Positions 1 to 14,200 of a stretch of 64,000 nucleotides of DNA are shown here, in pieces. The notes under the pieces are model-generated. The model was given only the letters and a program-made list of their open reading frames with translations, was not told the origin of the DNA and did not search any database. The stretch spans positions 496,001-560,000 of the forward strand of contig NIVC01000158.1 of NCBI GenBank assembly GCA_002269645.1, given 5' to 3'. Position numbers and translations under genes: made by a program. The stretch is from Macrostomum lignano (lineage: Eukaryota). Within the stretch, counting starts at the first letter, position 1. The number at the start of each line of letters is the position of its first letter.

Positions 1-1130
1 TTTCTCATGCGACACCCACCCCACCTCCGCTTCTATTGTTCTCGTTTTTGATTCTTTTGTTCTCTTTACCCCCACCAATTATCACATTTTCTCCGATTTT
101 CTCTTTCTATTGTTCTCGTTTTCGCACCTAATTATCACCTTTTCTCCAATGTCCTCTCTCTCTCTCTCTGTGCAGCTGCCTGTAAGTTCCTGTTACTGAT
201 TTGTGCTCTAATTGCCTTTGCTTATCCGGAGTTTGCCTATTTTTCCATTGTCTGATTCGAGGGCTGAGCCAGTTGTGATACCGTACCTTTTGCTGTATTT
301 TTACTCAATAGTGAAGCCGCCTAATTGCCTGATTATTTGCCTAAGGGCCTAATTATTAACTATTAACTAACCTCATCATTATTCACTCTTTCACCATCAT
401 TTCACCCATGGCTTGCTAAGCCTTTCTCCCGGGGTTGCAAAGCATAAGGAAGTTTGGGTAAGCTAATGGCCTCTCCCCGTGCAAAGCTCGCCTGTGAGTG
501 CGTGCTGCGGGGCCGCGTGTGCGTGCAGTAGAGGGATTAGCGAGTCTTGGCACAGAATGGCAGCAGGAAGGTTGCAACCCCATGCTGACGCGTCCCTTCG
601 CCTTGAGCAATCTAAACTAGAGACAGTACATGTTCGCCTCATACTACTCTTAGTAATCAAAGTCGCAAGTCCGCCTCGCTCACAGCCACAAAGGATCCCC
701 TGCTGAGAAATCCTCCAGATTGAGCCCAGAGTTCCCGATCATGCCCCCAAGCAGAGTCCCTGTACTCGGCTGCATGTGTCTCCCCTGTTAGCCTAAATCT
801 CCTGGTAACCATCCCAGGCGGGGCTCTAGCCTCGAGAGGTCTGGTAGAAAGATCCAGGTGCGCCAGGTCACATAGAGTGGTGGCAGCCACTCGGTCATAC
901 TATGACCGAGTGACCAACTATTGCACCTTGGCTACAGGTGGGGTCCATGTGGGTCTTTGGCCCTCTGGTCACAAAGCGCTACCAATTAAGCTATCAATCA
1001 TGTGGGCGGGACAGTCTGGTGCTGGAGGTCCGTCAGGTCATTGCCCAGTCATAGGCAGCCTACGGTCATTGCCCCCTCTGGTCATGCGTTCGTCTCTCTA
1101 CGGAGCGGACAGGCGACAAGGGCGGTTACA
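1..1130. mobile_element. Possible LTR-like or other repeat-element remnant, probably truncated by the window edge
   Basis: GC-richer unique block (416-1130) ending abruptly in GTTACA at 1125-1130 (TGTAAC on the minus strand, a typical LTR terminus) before AT-rich DNA. Internal inverted repeats are present, but there is no recognisable ORF and no TSD visible. Confidence 0.25.
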
Positions 1131-2212
1131 TCAATTGATTTATATTGAGTGCAAGGTAAGCTGCGCGCAAATTCCATACAGTAAAATACCAGAGAGAAGT
1201 ATTTGAATTGCCATGTATGAACATGCTACAGAATTTCCAAATCAACCGGCCTAATATATATAAATACAGGCTCGCTCAAGGATAAAGTGTTATGCGTGAT
1301 ATATGTACATTAGGGATCCGGTCCGAGACTTGTACATACTGCAGTACATAAATCTATTTACAAGTACTCTCGTACAAGTTACATATTCCGAACTTGCACA
1401 CGCATGAATTATACCAGTATTTAAGCTGTTGAAAATTAGTTGAATTCAGAATAGCAAATTTGCCTAAAGAGAGCTGGGGGACCTATATCGCTCGTCTTTT
1501 TTCATTTCATAATTAAGTTTTGTGAAATTTAGGTCTTATCGGCACCTTTTAATCTTCAAACGCAAAATAATTAGTAAACTGCTGTTCCTTTTTAAAGTAT
1601 CGTCCGACAAGTTGATATTTGTCAGGGCCATTGTTATACGTATGTTGTAACGTATTGAACTGCATATTTAACATAAAATATTAAATTTTAGTAAAAATAA
1701 GAGATCAAAAAGTTTTTTATTTTGGTTAATGTGCTTACAGCCACAAAAATGCCTTCTTTGATTTAACTATTAAATATTTTTCTGAGAACTTTAGGCACAA
1801 ATTTAACATGATTAAAACGAGCATGGTTTATACCGCCCGATCATCACCAAGTGATATTATTTGATTGATAAGCCTACCCACCCTGCTCTACAACTAGCTA
1901 AGACTTTTTGATTGAGTTGAGTTGAGAAGAAAAAATACTAAAGCTTGTCCGAATTGTTTTTTCTCAAGTATATTTTCTGTAAAAGAGTAAAACATTTACT
2001 TTTGATACTTTGTCTCGTCTGTTGTCTGTTAGTTTGGGTTCGGGCCTAGGCCTATGATTTTGTAAATATATTGTATAGGCTATTGCAAAATTTGACCATT
2101 CTAATATTGCTACAGTAAAAAGACGGTGCCCTTAACAAATCAGTAGATGAAATCAGTAAAAAATAGTCTGTTGTTGGTTTTTTGAGTTTAATTATTTTAT
2201 TCTCAAAGTAAA

Positions 2213-5200
2213 ATGTCAATGCCAATGGACATAGATATATCTTGTCTCCCACTGGATGTCCGTGCAAAACTAGCAGAACTTGAGTTGGAACTATCAGATG
2301 GTGAGTGGTGTTATTTTTATCTTAAAAATATGAGATATACAATATATAGGCTTAATTCATAAATCTAAAAAATTGCAAAATTCTCTTTCTTTGCATAATT
2401 AATCACCTATTTATTTTTTAGTTTTAAATACTTAATTAGGCTTATATTGTGCTATTATTTAATACAAGATTTTTAAACTGATCTTTTAGCTAAAAATCTT
2501 AATTTATCTAAAATGATTTTAAAGTGAAGCCCATAGTCTGGTTCATGCTGGGTGCACACCCGAAAAAAAATTAGTACACGCCCATTCTCAAAAATATGCC
2601 GGTGTTGCAATAATAAATGACCTTTTTTATGTTGTGACAATAAAAGACCTTTTTTAAATTGCGTAATACACCCTTATTATTAGATAATTTTATGGCTTTT
2701 AAGGCTTTTTTGGCGATACTATTTATAGCCGAAAGTTTATACATGCAAATATTTGTTTAAATACTCTTTTACAAGCTGGAAAAAAACGGAAAGCTTGAAA
2801 TTTGCGCCTAAAAATGAACTTTTTTATCTTTTTTCTACTTTACAATAACTCTTACACATGATTCTATAAAGTGCATGCCAGGTGTGCACGCATACTTTTT
2901 TCTCAGGAGTGATGCACACCAACTGTGCACGCCTAATTTTGGTGTGCAAAGCCAATGCATGCCCAAATTTTTGGGCATATACTATATCACTTAATAACTG
3001 ACAAATAAGACTATTGAAGCCTTTAATTTTAGAGATAAAGCAGTAAAAATGAATTAATGACATGTTGTTAGCTTTAAAGGGTTTTTTCAAGACAACATTA
3101 AGTCCCTTGGATTAAAAATAAAAAAATAAAGATTTCTAATGCTGTATATACATTGTGCAAATAGGATAATAGTGGACTAAAGTTAAGATGAATATTTTTA
3201 CTTTTAATGTAAATAGCCTAGTGAAGCTTATTAGTCCCTTAGATCAAAGACTAAACAATAGATTTTCTATACCATATGCATATGCACCTTGTATAACTGG
3301 AGTAGTAGGGGCTAAAGTTAAGATAAATATATCCTAGCCATTTTTATGCAATAAATGAGATTCTATTAATGAGTGATAAGTTGAAGTATTTATTATCACT
3401 CTGTACTCCAGCACTATATTATAGTAAATGATGGATAACTATTGTCATTGGATTTAGCTTCATTAAAATTTATGGGATGTTATAAGAAAATTTATTATAT
3501 ATATGGATAAAGATTGGCTATGGGAGAAATTAAATATATTTGCCAATATACAAGCTAGATATGGGAAAATTTTGGTTATAGTAGAGCTCTAACATCTACC
3601 CTAACTTTACTATATTGATAAACCATTTTTTTTATTTAATTTTTAAAAATTTTTTGCCTTCTTAAATACTTGTCTCACTATACTATGTCTCTTTTTTATG
3701 CCAACTATGCTAAAATATGCTTCCAAAATTCCAATGCTCTGCTTAACAATTGGTCTAAGTAAAGTTTATATATCAAAATATACAAACTCTACTTGCAACT
3801 ATATAACTTTATTTTGCCATAATATTTACCTACTTTTTATATAATGTTAATATAGATTAATGGTCTCCAGCAGTCTATTAATGTGTACTTACATACTGCA
3901 TTGAACTTTCAATACTGTTAGATTTCCACACGTGTTTTTCTTGTTTTTCAACATTTAAAGGCGACATCACCCAGAAGGGATATAAGAAGAAGCGAGCCAG
4001 ACTATTGGACCCCTACATTGCCAAGAAGCAGCAGCAAGGACCAGCCGCTAGCGCCAGTGGAGAAGGTGGCAGTGGCGCCAGCGCCGCGTCTCCAGCTGTG
4101 CGTTGCCAAGCAGGCGGCGGCGGCAGACGCGACGATATTCGCTATCACTCGGAGATTCGAGCCGAGGCTGTGCAGGCTGCGCTAGCCAGGAATAGGGAGG
4201 CTTCAGCTGCCGGCCCGGCTGGCGTGACGACCGGTGCACCACCCGCTGCGCCGCCTGCGCCCTCTGGTCGGCGTGTACAGCAGTCATCTGGCACTGCGGC
4301 AGCTGTTCGATGTGAGTCTGAGCTGCAGTTGTGCTGCTCTTATTGGTTTTTTCCTGCTGATTGAGTAATGTCTGAGAGCAGATAGATTACAGTCAGTCAA
4401 ACAGATACCCAAAGACAGGCAGACAGGTGTCCAAAGACATGCAGACAGATACCCGGACAGTCAGACAGATGCCCAAAGACAGTCAGAAAGATACCCAAAG
4501 ACAGTCAGACAGATGCCCAAAGACATGCAGACAGATACCCAAAGACAGTCAGACAGATGCCCAAAGACATGCAGACAGATGCCCAAAGACATGCAGACAG
4601 ATGCCCAAAGACAGGCAGACAGGTGCCCAAAGACAGTCAGACAGATACCCAAAGACAGGCAGACAGGTGCCCAAAGACAGTCAGACAGATACCCAAAGAC
4701 AGGCAGACAGATGCCCAAAGACAGTCAGACAGATTCCCAAAGACAGTCAGACAGATACCCAAAGACAGTCAGACAGATACCCAAAGACAGGCAGACAGAT
4801 GCCCAAAGATAGACAGACAGATTCCCAAAGACAGGCAGACAGATGCCCAAAGACAGTCAGACAGATACCCAAAGACATGCAGACAGATGCCCAAAGACAG
4901 GCAGACAGGTGCCCAAAGACAGTCAGACAGATACCCAAAGACAGGCAGACAGATGCCCAAAGAAATGCAGACAGATGCCCAAAGACATGCAGACAGATGC
5001 CCAAAGACAGGCAGACAGGTGCCCAAAGACAGTCAGACAGATACCCAGACATGCAGACAGATGCCCAAATACATGCAGACAGATGCCCAAAGACAGGCAG
5101 ACAGATGCCCAAAGACAGGCAGACAGGTGCCCAAAGACAGTCAGACAGATACCCAGACATGCAGACAGATGCCCAAATACATGCAGACAGATGCCCAAAG

Positions 5201-8200
5201 ACATGCAGACAGATGCCCAAAGACAGTCAGACAGATACCCAAAGACAGGCAGACAGATGCCCAAAGACATGCAGACAGATGCCCAAAGACAGGCAGACAG
5301 GTGCCCAAAGACAGTCAGACAGATACCCAAAGACAGTCAGACAGATACCCAAAGACAGGCAGACAGATGCCCAAAGAAATGCAGACAGATACCCAGACAT
5401 GCAGACAGATGCCCAAATACATGCAGACAGATACCCAGACAGTCAGACAGATGCCCAAAGATAGTCAGACAGATACCCAAAGACAGGCAGACAGATGTCC
5501 AAAGACAGTCAGACAGATACCCAAAGACAGGCAGACAGATGCCCAAAGATAGACAGACAGATTCCCAAAGACAGGCAGACAGATGCCCAAAGACATGCAG
5601 ACAGATGCCCAAAGACAGGCAGACAGGTGCCCAAAGACAGTCAGACAGATACCCAAAGACAGGCAGACAGATGCCCAAAGAAATGCAGGCAGATACCCAG
5701 ACATGCAGACAGATGCCCAAATACATGCAGACAGATACCCAGACAGTAAGACAGATGCCCAAAGATAGTCAGACAGATACCCAAAGACAGGCAGACAGAT
5801 GTCCAAAGACAGTCAGACAGATACCCAAAGACAGGCAGACAGATGCCCAAAGATAGACAGACAGATTCCCAAAGACAGGCAGACAGATGCCCAAAGACAG
5901 TCAGACAGATACCCAAAGACATGCAGACAGATGCCCAATGACAGTCAGACAGATACCCAAAGATAGGCAGACAGATTCCCAAAGACATGCAGACAGATAC
6001 CCAAAGACAGGCAGACAGATGCCCAAAGACAGTCAGACAGATTCCCAAAGACAGTCAGACAGATACCCAAAGACAGTCAGACAGATACCCAAAGACAGGC
6101 AGACAGATGCCCAAAGATAGACAGACAGATTCCCAAAGACAGGCAGACAGATGCCCAAAGACAGTCAGACAGATACCCAAAGACATGCAGACAGATGCCC
6201 AATGACAGTCAGACAGATGCCCAAAGACATGCAGACAGATACCCAAAGACAGTCAGACAGATGCCCAAAGATAGACAGACAGATTCCCAAAGACAGGCAG
6301 ACAGATGCCCAAAGACAGTCAGACAGATACCCAAAGATAGGCAGACAGATTCCCAAAGACATGCAGACAGATACCCAAAGACAGGCAGACAGATGCCCAA
6401 AGACAGTCAGACAGATTCCCAAAGACAGTCAGACAGATACCCAAAGACAGTCAGACAGATACCCAAAGACAGGCAGACAGATGCCCAAAGATAGACAGAC
6501 AGATTCCCAAAGACAGGCAGACTGATGCCCAAAGACAGTCAGACAGATACCCAAAGACATGCAGACAGATGCCCAATGACAGTCAGACAGATGTCCAAAG
6601 ACATGCAGACAGATACCCAAAGACAGGCAGACAGATGCCCAAAGACAGTCAGACAGATGCCCAAAGACAGTCCGACAGATTCCCAAAGACAGTCAGACAG
6701 ATACCCAAAGACAGTCAGACAGATACCCAAAGACAGTCAGACAGATGTCCAAAGACATGCAGACAGATACCCAAAGACATGCTGACAGATACCCAAAGAC
6801 ATGCAGACAGATACCCAAAGACATGCAGACAGATACCCAAAGACAGTCAGACAGATACCCAAAGACATGCAGACAGATACCCAAAGACAGTCAGACAGAT
6901 GCCCAAAGACAGTCCGACAGATGCCCAAAGACATGCAGACAGATGCCCAAAGACAGTCCGACAGATGCCCAAAGACATGCAGACAGATACCCAAAGACAG
7001 TCCGACAGATGCCCAAAGACATGCAGACAGATGCCCAAAGACAGTCCGACAGATGCCCAAAGACATGCAGACAGATACCCAAAGACAGTCCGACAGATGC
7101 CCAAAGATAGGCAGACAGATGCCCAAAGACAGTCAGACAGATGCCCAAAGATAGGCAGACAGATGCCCAAAGACAGTCAGACATATGTCCAAAGACATGC
7201 AGACAGATACCCAAAGACATGCAGACAGATACCCAAAGACATGCAGACAGCCGATACCCAGACTCGATCTAGCCACTACAAGTAAATATTGCAATTGGAC
7301 AGCATTTCGAAGAAAAATCAATGAATTTCATTCAAACCTTTCAGTGGCCAGCGACGGCGACTCAACTGACGATGCACTGGACGACGACGACGATGACGAC
7401 GGAGAGGAAGACGACGACGCTGACATCAGCGAAGAGGCGGAGAACAACGCCGGCAATGGTGGCGCAGCATTCACGCTTGACGCCGGCAGTTCAAGCGCTG
7501 ATGGGTCGCTGCCGTCTGCCCAGCAACAGCAGCAGCAGCCGCCGCAGCAATCTTCGCCAGCTCGCACCCAGCAGCAGCAGCAGTCTAGCACTGGAGCCTA
7601 CGTGATTCGCGGCAATGCTTATCTAGGCATGCCCACGAACGACAGTCGGCATATCGGCATGGACAGCGGCGGGGGCGGCGGCGGAGGCAACGCTTCCATG
7701 TCTACACTGCGTCGAGTTGACGACGCTGTTGGTCAGCAGCGCTCCAAGAAGCAGCAACAGCAGCAGCAACAGACCTCGACGCCAGGTCCGCCGCCACAGT
7801 CGCGCACCTCGGCAAAGATTCAACAGCTGATGCAGACTCTGGCGCATCCGAAGCGTCGCCCGCTACCTGAAATGTACGCTGACGACGAAGACGACGATTT
7901 ATTGCCGACAAACGCTGCCGGCGCGGATCGGCGCCAGTCGGCAAAGTCGACTGACGCGTCGGCGCCGAAGCCGCAGGGCGAGGAGAGCCTGCCGGTGGTC
8001 GGCGAGCCGGCCGCCCTGCCGCCGCCGTCTCACGCCAGCATCGAGGAAGCCCTGGCCAGGGCAGCATCGTCAAAGTCCACCGCCGTGTCCACCATGGAGC
8101 CGGGCGGCAGGCTGTCATCCGGGCTGACCTACGCCAAGCTCTATAGCCGATCGCGGAAGCTGGCGCATCATCTGCTCAACCGACTGGGCCATCGGGGCGA

Positions 8201-11200
8201 TCTCAGCTTGAAACCCGGCGACAGAGTGGCTTTGGCCTATCCTGGCCACGATCCCTCCGGATTTGCTGTCGGATTTCTCGCCTGCCAGCTGGCTGGTCTG
8301 GTGGCTGTGCCCGTTGAACCGCCGCCTCTGTGCGTGTCAGCTACCGGCTTTTTACTCAGCTCGCTTGAGGTGAGACTGCCGGTTAATTGCTGCGTTTTGA
8401 CGTTTGGATTGGCTTAGCGTTGTCTCTTACAACGGCTGAAACAATTGTTCCATCTGGTGGCTTCAGGGAAGCGGTAGTTCAGTCTGGTGGCTTCAGGGAA
8501 GCGGTAGTTCAGTCTGGTACGTAGCTTCCGGGAAGCGGTAGTTCAGTCTGATGGCTTCAGGGAAGCGTTAGTTCAGTCTGGTGGCTTCAGGGAAGCGGTA
8601 GTTCAGTCTGATCTGATGGCTTCAGGGAAGCGGTAGTTCAGTCTGATAGCTTCAGGGAAGCGGTAGTTCAGTCTGATCTGATGGCTTCAGGGAAGCGGTA
8701 GTTCAGTCTGATGGCTTCAGGGAAGCGTTAATTCAGTCTGGTGGCTTCAGGGAAGCGGTAGTTCAGTCTGGTGGCTTCAGGGAAGCGGTAGTTCAGTCTG
8801 ATCTGATGGCTTCAGGGAAGCGGTAGTTCAGTCTGATGGCTTCAGGGAAGCGGTAGTTCAGTCTGATGGCTTCAGGGAAGCGGTAGTTCAGTCTGGTGGC
8901 TTCAGGGAAGCGGTAGTTCAGTCTGGTACGTAGCTTCCGGGAAGCGGTAGTTCAGTCTGGTGGCTTCATGGAAGCGGTAGTTCAATCTGATGGCTTCAGG
9001 GAAGCGGTAGTTCTATCTGATGGCTTCATGGAAGCGGTAGTTCAATCTGATGGCTTCAGGGAACCGGTAGTTCAATCTGATGGCTTCAGGGAACCGGTAG
9101 TTCAATCTGATGGCTTCAGGGAAGCGGTAGTTCTATCTGATGGCTTCAGGGAAGCGGTAGTTCAATCTGATGGCTTCAGGGAAGCGGTAGTTCAGTCTGG
9201 TGGCTTCAGGGAAGCGGTAGTTCAGTCTGGTGGCTTCAGGGAAGCGGTAGTTCAGTCTGGTGGCTTCAGGGAAGCGGTAGTTCAGTCTGATGGCTTCAGG
9301 GAAGCGGTAGTTCAGTCTGGTGGCTTCAGTCTAATTAATAGCAATTTTAAACCCGTAATACATTGACCCCGGCATAATCCAAGGTTCGAGTCCTGCTCAC
9401 AAACGACTCATTCTTCCGAGCTGTAACCAAAGGCGGGCACGAGCCGCCGACATATCCGGGCTGGCCGCCCGGCCTGCTCTGGTCCACTGCGGGCGGCGGC
9501 GACTCAAGCAGCAACTTGGCCACGCCGCCAAAGGACTGGCAGGCGCCGGCCCTGGCGCCCGGCGGCATTGATCCAGCCAACTTGGCCTGCATTGAATACG
9601 CCTACGGCCGCGATGGCAGCGTTAGAGGTGTCTGCATTACCCGGGCCGCACTGCTGGCCCACACTGCGGCACTGTGCTCTACGCTTGGCTATAGCAACGG
9701 CGAGACTATGCTGTGCCTGTTGGACGCCAAGCGCGAGCTGGGCCTGTGGCACGGCCTGCTGGCCGCTATCTGCTCCGGCGTGCACACAATTCACGTGCCT
9801 TACAATGTGATGAAAGCCGAGCCGCTTTCCTGGCTGCGACTGCTGTCTAAGCTCAGGGCATCGCTTGCTCTAGCTAAATCTCGCGACCTATACTGGTCTC
9901 TGCTAGCTGCTGGCAGAGATTCTCAGCATCATCACAAGAGTAGCCATTCGGATATCAATTTGGCTTCGCTGCGCTGTTTAATCGTGTCGGACGGCGCTAA
10001 TCCTTGGTCTCTAACCAGCTGCGATTCTTTTGTAGCCGCGTTTAAATCGCGCGGCCTTCGCTCGGAGGTGATGTGCCCGTGCGCTTATTCATCAGAATCG
10101 CTGACAGTGTCCGTGCGTAGGCCCGCCAGTAACGCCAGCTCAGACAGCGGCGGAGCTACTGGCAGAGGCGTGTTGAGCATGCTGGGCCTGAGTCACGGCG
10201 TTGTACGAGTGGACTCGGAGGCCTCGTATACATCATTGACACTGCAGGATTGCGGACAGGTGAGGCCGGGGAGCGACGGAGGAGCTGGGGGAGGAAGAAA
10301 TGCATCCTACAGGTAGGAGAGGGGGAAAAGGGTGTAGGAGAGGGGAAAGGGGTGTAGGAGAGGGGAAAGGGATGTAGGAGAGGGGAAGGGGTGTAGGAGA
10401 CGGAAAGGGGATGTAGGAGAGGGAAAAGTGATCTAGCAGAGGGAAAGGAATGTTGTTGAGGGGAAAGGACTGTAGGAGAGGAGAAAAGGATGTAGGAGAG
10501 GGCAAAGGGATGTAGAAGAGGGCAAAGGGATGTAGGAGAGGGGAAAGGGATGTAGGAGAGGGAAAAGTGATCTAGCAGAGGGAAAGGAATGTTGTTGAGG
10601 GGAAAGGACTGTAGGAGAGGAGAAAAGGATGTAGGAGAGGGCAAAGGGATGTAGGAGAGGGGAAAGGGATGTAGGTGAGGGGAAAGGGGTGTAGGAGAGG
10701 GGAAAGGGATCCCGTTGGAAAAGTTATGCACCTGCAGAGGCATAAAAGGTGAGCGAGGTGCACAAAAGAGGCACTTTGGTGGCCTATTTCGTGTGTGTTT
10801 TGGAAATGCACCTGAGTGCACCTTTTATGCCTAAATGTCACCAATATTTTTGAAAAGAGGCATGAAAGGTGTACAATCGGTGAAGTGGTCAGGCAGTAGG
10901 TGAATTCTCAATTTTGATTGGTTGTGGCGGTAGGGGCAGTAAAGGTGTATAAGGGGCACTGGAGGTGCGCAAAAGGTGAAGAGTAGGCTCACAAGTGAGG
11001 CACATCAGGGAAACGAGAGGTGCTGAAGGGGCGCAGAAAGCGCATGAAAGGTGAATTAGAGGTGCATTTAAGGTGCATTTCAGGCACGAAAGGTGAATTA
11101 GAGGTACATAAGGTGTACATGTGCGGCGTAAATATGTATACAGGTGCATTTCCAAAACACGCTCGAAATAGACCCCTAAGGTGCCTCTTCTGTGCACCTC

Positions 11201-14200
11201 GCTCACCTTTCATGCCTATGCATGAATTAACGCATTAATAATTCGTAACAAAATTAACTGAGAGTTACATACAGTCACATACTCGTACATTGCACGCACC
11301 GATTGAACATAGAAAAGCTTTGTTTACACCTATACTAATCGCTGCTATCCCCTTCCTGATCCTAACAAACCACGAAACTAAACATTTCCTATACTGATAA
11401 GTTTTAATGACTTTCAAATACTCAGGAAAAGTTCCGAAAAGTGATAAAAAGGTTTGCATTAGTAAGGAAACGTTTCGAATAGTGAGAAAAGGAAGCAAAT
11501 AACTTTGCCAGTTGAAAATTTAACGCCCCTTGCATTGCCTCTACGCCTAAAGTGCCCACTGTGCCCCTTTTATTCACCTTTCGTGCCTCCAGTGCACACT
11601 GTACACTTTTTATGCACCTCCACCGCAGCGCACCTTTTATTCACCTTTCACTCCACCAATGCCCCCAATTCCGACTTTGTTCACCTTTTGTGCCTCAACG
11701 CACACTGTGCACCTTTTATGCACCTGAATCCCCTACGACACCTGTGCCCCTACCGCCTATTTCGTGCCTTAAATTCACCTTTTGACCCTGCAGAGGCACT
11801 CAGGTGAACACGCGGTGCACAAGTGGCACAAAATAGGCATAAAAGAGGCGAAAGTGAGGCAGACGGTGCAAAACTCTTCACCTTTCATGCCTACTTTAAA
11901 AACTCAAAATTCAACGGGGATGTAGGAAAGGGGAAAGGGATGTAGGAGAGGGGAAAGGGATGTAGGAGGGGGAAAGGGGTGTAGGAGAGGGGAAAGGACT
12001 GTATGAGAGGGATAGGGAATATAGGAGAGGGAAAGGGATGTAGGAGAGGGGAAAGGACTGTAGGAGAGTCAGGGAATGTAGAAGAAGAGAATATCAATAA
12101 TACCCAATACGCAATGATCGTCCCCATCCATGCCTTCCCAGGTGATGCCCAACTCTGCCGTTGCTGTGGCAAAGCTCGACTCGCCCCGTCTGTGCCGTCA
12201 GGACGAAGTCGGCGAAATCTGCGTCTGCGCACGGTACACTGGGCAGCGTTACTGGGGCTTGGCTGGCCTTAGCAACCAGGTGTTCCGCTGTCAGCTAACC
12301 ACGGAAGCTTGCGAGGCCGTGTCGGATGAGGATGCCTTCGTGCGGACCGGCCTGCTGGGCTTTCTGGGACCTCCGGGATCGGTGAGCTGGGATGAGAATG
12401 GCATGTATAGTTGTGAGACGGCATGTATAGTTGTGGAATGGCATGTATAGTTGTGGAATGGCATGTATAGTTGTGAAATGGTATGTATAGTTGTGGAATG
12501 GCATGTATAGTTGTGGAATGGCATGTATAGTTGTGGAATGGCATTTATAGTTGTGAAATGGTATGTATAGTTGTGGAATGGTATGTATAGTTGTGGAATG
12601 GCATGTATAGTTGTGAGACGGCATGTATAGTTGTGGAATGGCATGTATAGTTGTGGAATGGCATGTATAGTTGTGAAATGGTATGTATAGTTGTGGAATG
12701 GCATGTATAGTTGTGGAATGGCATGTATAGTTGTGGAATGGCATGTATAGTTGTGGAATGGCATGTATAGTTGTGGAATGGCATGTATAGTTGTGAAATG
12801 GTATGTATAGTTGTGGAATGGCATGTATAGTTGTGGAATGGCATGTATAGTTGTGGAATGGCATGTATAGTTGTGGAATGGCATGTATAGTTGTGAAATG
12901 GTATGTATAGTTGTGGAATGGCATGTATAGTTGTGGAATGGCATGTATAGTTGTGGAATGGCATGTATAGTTGTGGAATGGCATGTATAGTTGTGAAATG
13001 GTATGTATAGTTGTGGAATGGCATGTATAGTTGTGGAATGGCATGTATAGTTGTGGAATGGCATGTATAGTTGTGGAATGGCATGTATAGTTGTGAAATG
13101 GTATGTATAGTTGTGGAATGGCATGTATAGTTGTGGAATGGCATGTATAGTTGTGGAATGGCATGTATAGTTGTGGAATGGCATGTATAGTTGTGAAATG
13201 GTATGTATAGTTGTGGAATGGCATGTATAGTTGTGGAATGGCATGTATAGTTGTGGAATGGCATGTATAGTTGTGGAATGGCATGTATAGTTGTGAGACG
13301 GCATGTATAGTTGTGAACTGGTATGTATAGTTTGGGAATGGCATGTATAGTTGTGGAATAGCATGTATAATTTGGGAATGGCATGTATAGTTGTGAAATG
13401 GCATGTATAGTTGTGGAATGGCATGTATAGTTGTGAAATGGCATGTATAGTTGTGGGATGGCATTTCTATTCATGGAATGGCATACAAAGTTGAAGTGGC
13501 AATGTGGTAGGGAATAGAGGAAATAATTATAAAGACACACTTTTCTGTTTAATGTAGCAATAGTGTTAGCCACACAAGTGAACAGAGCGTTTCGCATTCT
13601 GTTATTTTGTAATATTATTCCACTTGCGCCTTCGAAGGCTTATTATTACGTACATATGGCATACAGGAGTGCATAAGTAATATAATAGCCGAGGGCACGC
13701 CCTACATATCGGACAGGCTGAGCGGGAAGGAGGGGATGAAAGGAAGGGATTAGAGGACCAGATGGAGGCCGGGTTGCGGAGGGAGAGAAAAATATGCTTG
13801 CCAGTTTTGTTTTGTTTGTCCTTTCGTTCCATTGACTTCTTTAGTTTAGGCTAGGCGTGGGAGACGGGCGGGGTTGGCGCCAATGATGCTTGCCGCTATT
13901 TTTAGACTGTGCATTGTGAATCAGCCGGTCAGGCCAAGCTTTTAGATAGTAGAAAGCTGTAAGCTATAACTAATTTTATGTTGCAACTGACGCTTTGGCG
14001 TTATGGTTATAACTGGGTCGTTTTTTCTATGCTTGTTTTAGCCTTGTCTTTCCCACTTAGCTTGGGAAATCTGCCGTTTTAGAGGCTTTATTACAATAGT
14101 TATGGCTATTTAGTACAATACTGCTGTTCATATTATACACTCTCTACCAGAGAATACCCAGATTGTCTACCCTCCCCGATTGTCTACCCTCCCCGACTGT

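Noticed and set aside
2545-2960. Weak inverted similarity (TGCACACC...AAAATTAG) in DIP2 intron 1, a possible MITE
   Set aside because: The arms are imperfect with indels and no TSD could be identified.
4427-7285. Long repetitive ORFs (e.g. 4427-5464, 12291-13424, 18225-19484, 22566-23414, 49248-50267, 57058-57663)
   Set aside because: They are translations of stop-free tandem arrays, open in several frames and on both strands. The flanking exons splice across them in phase, so they are not proteins.
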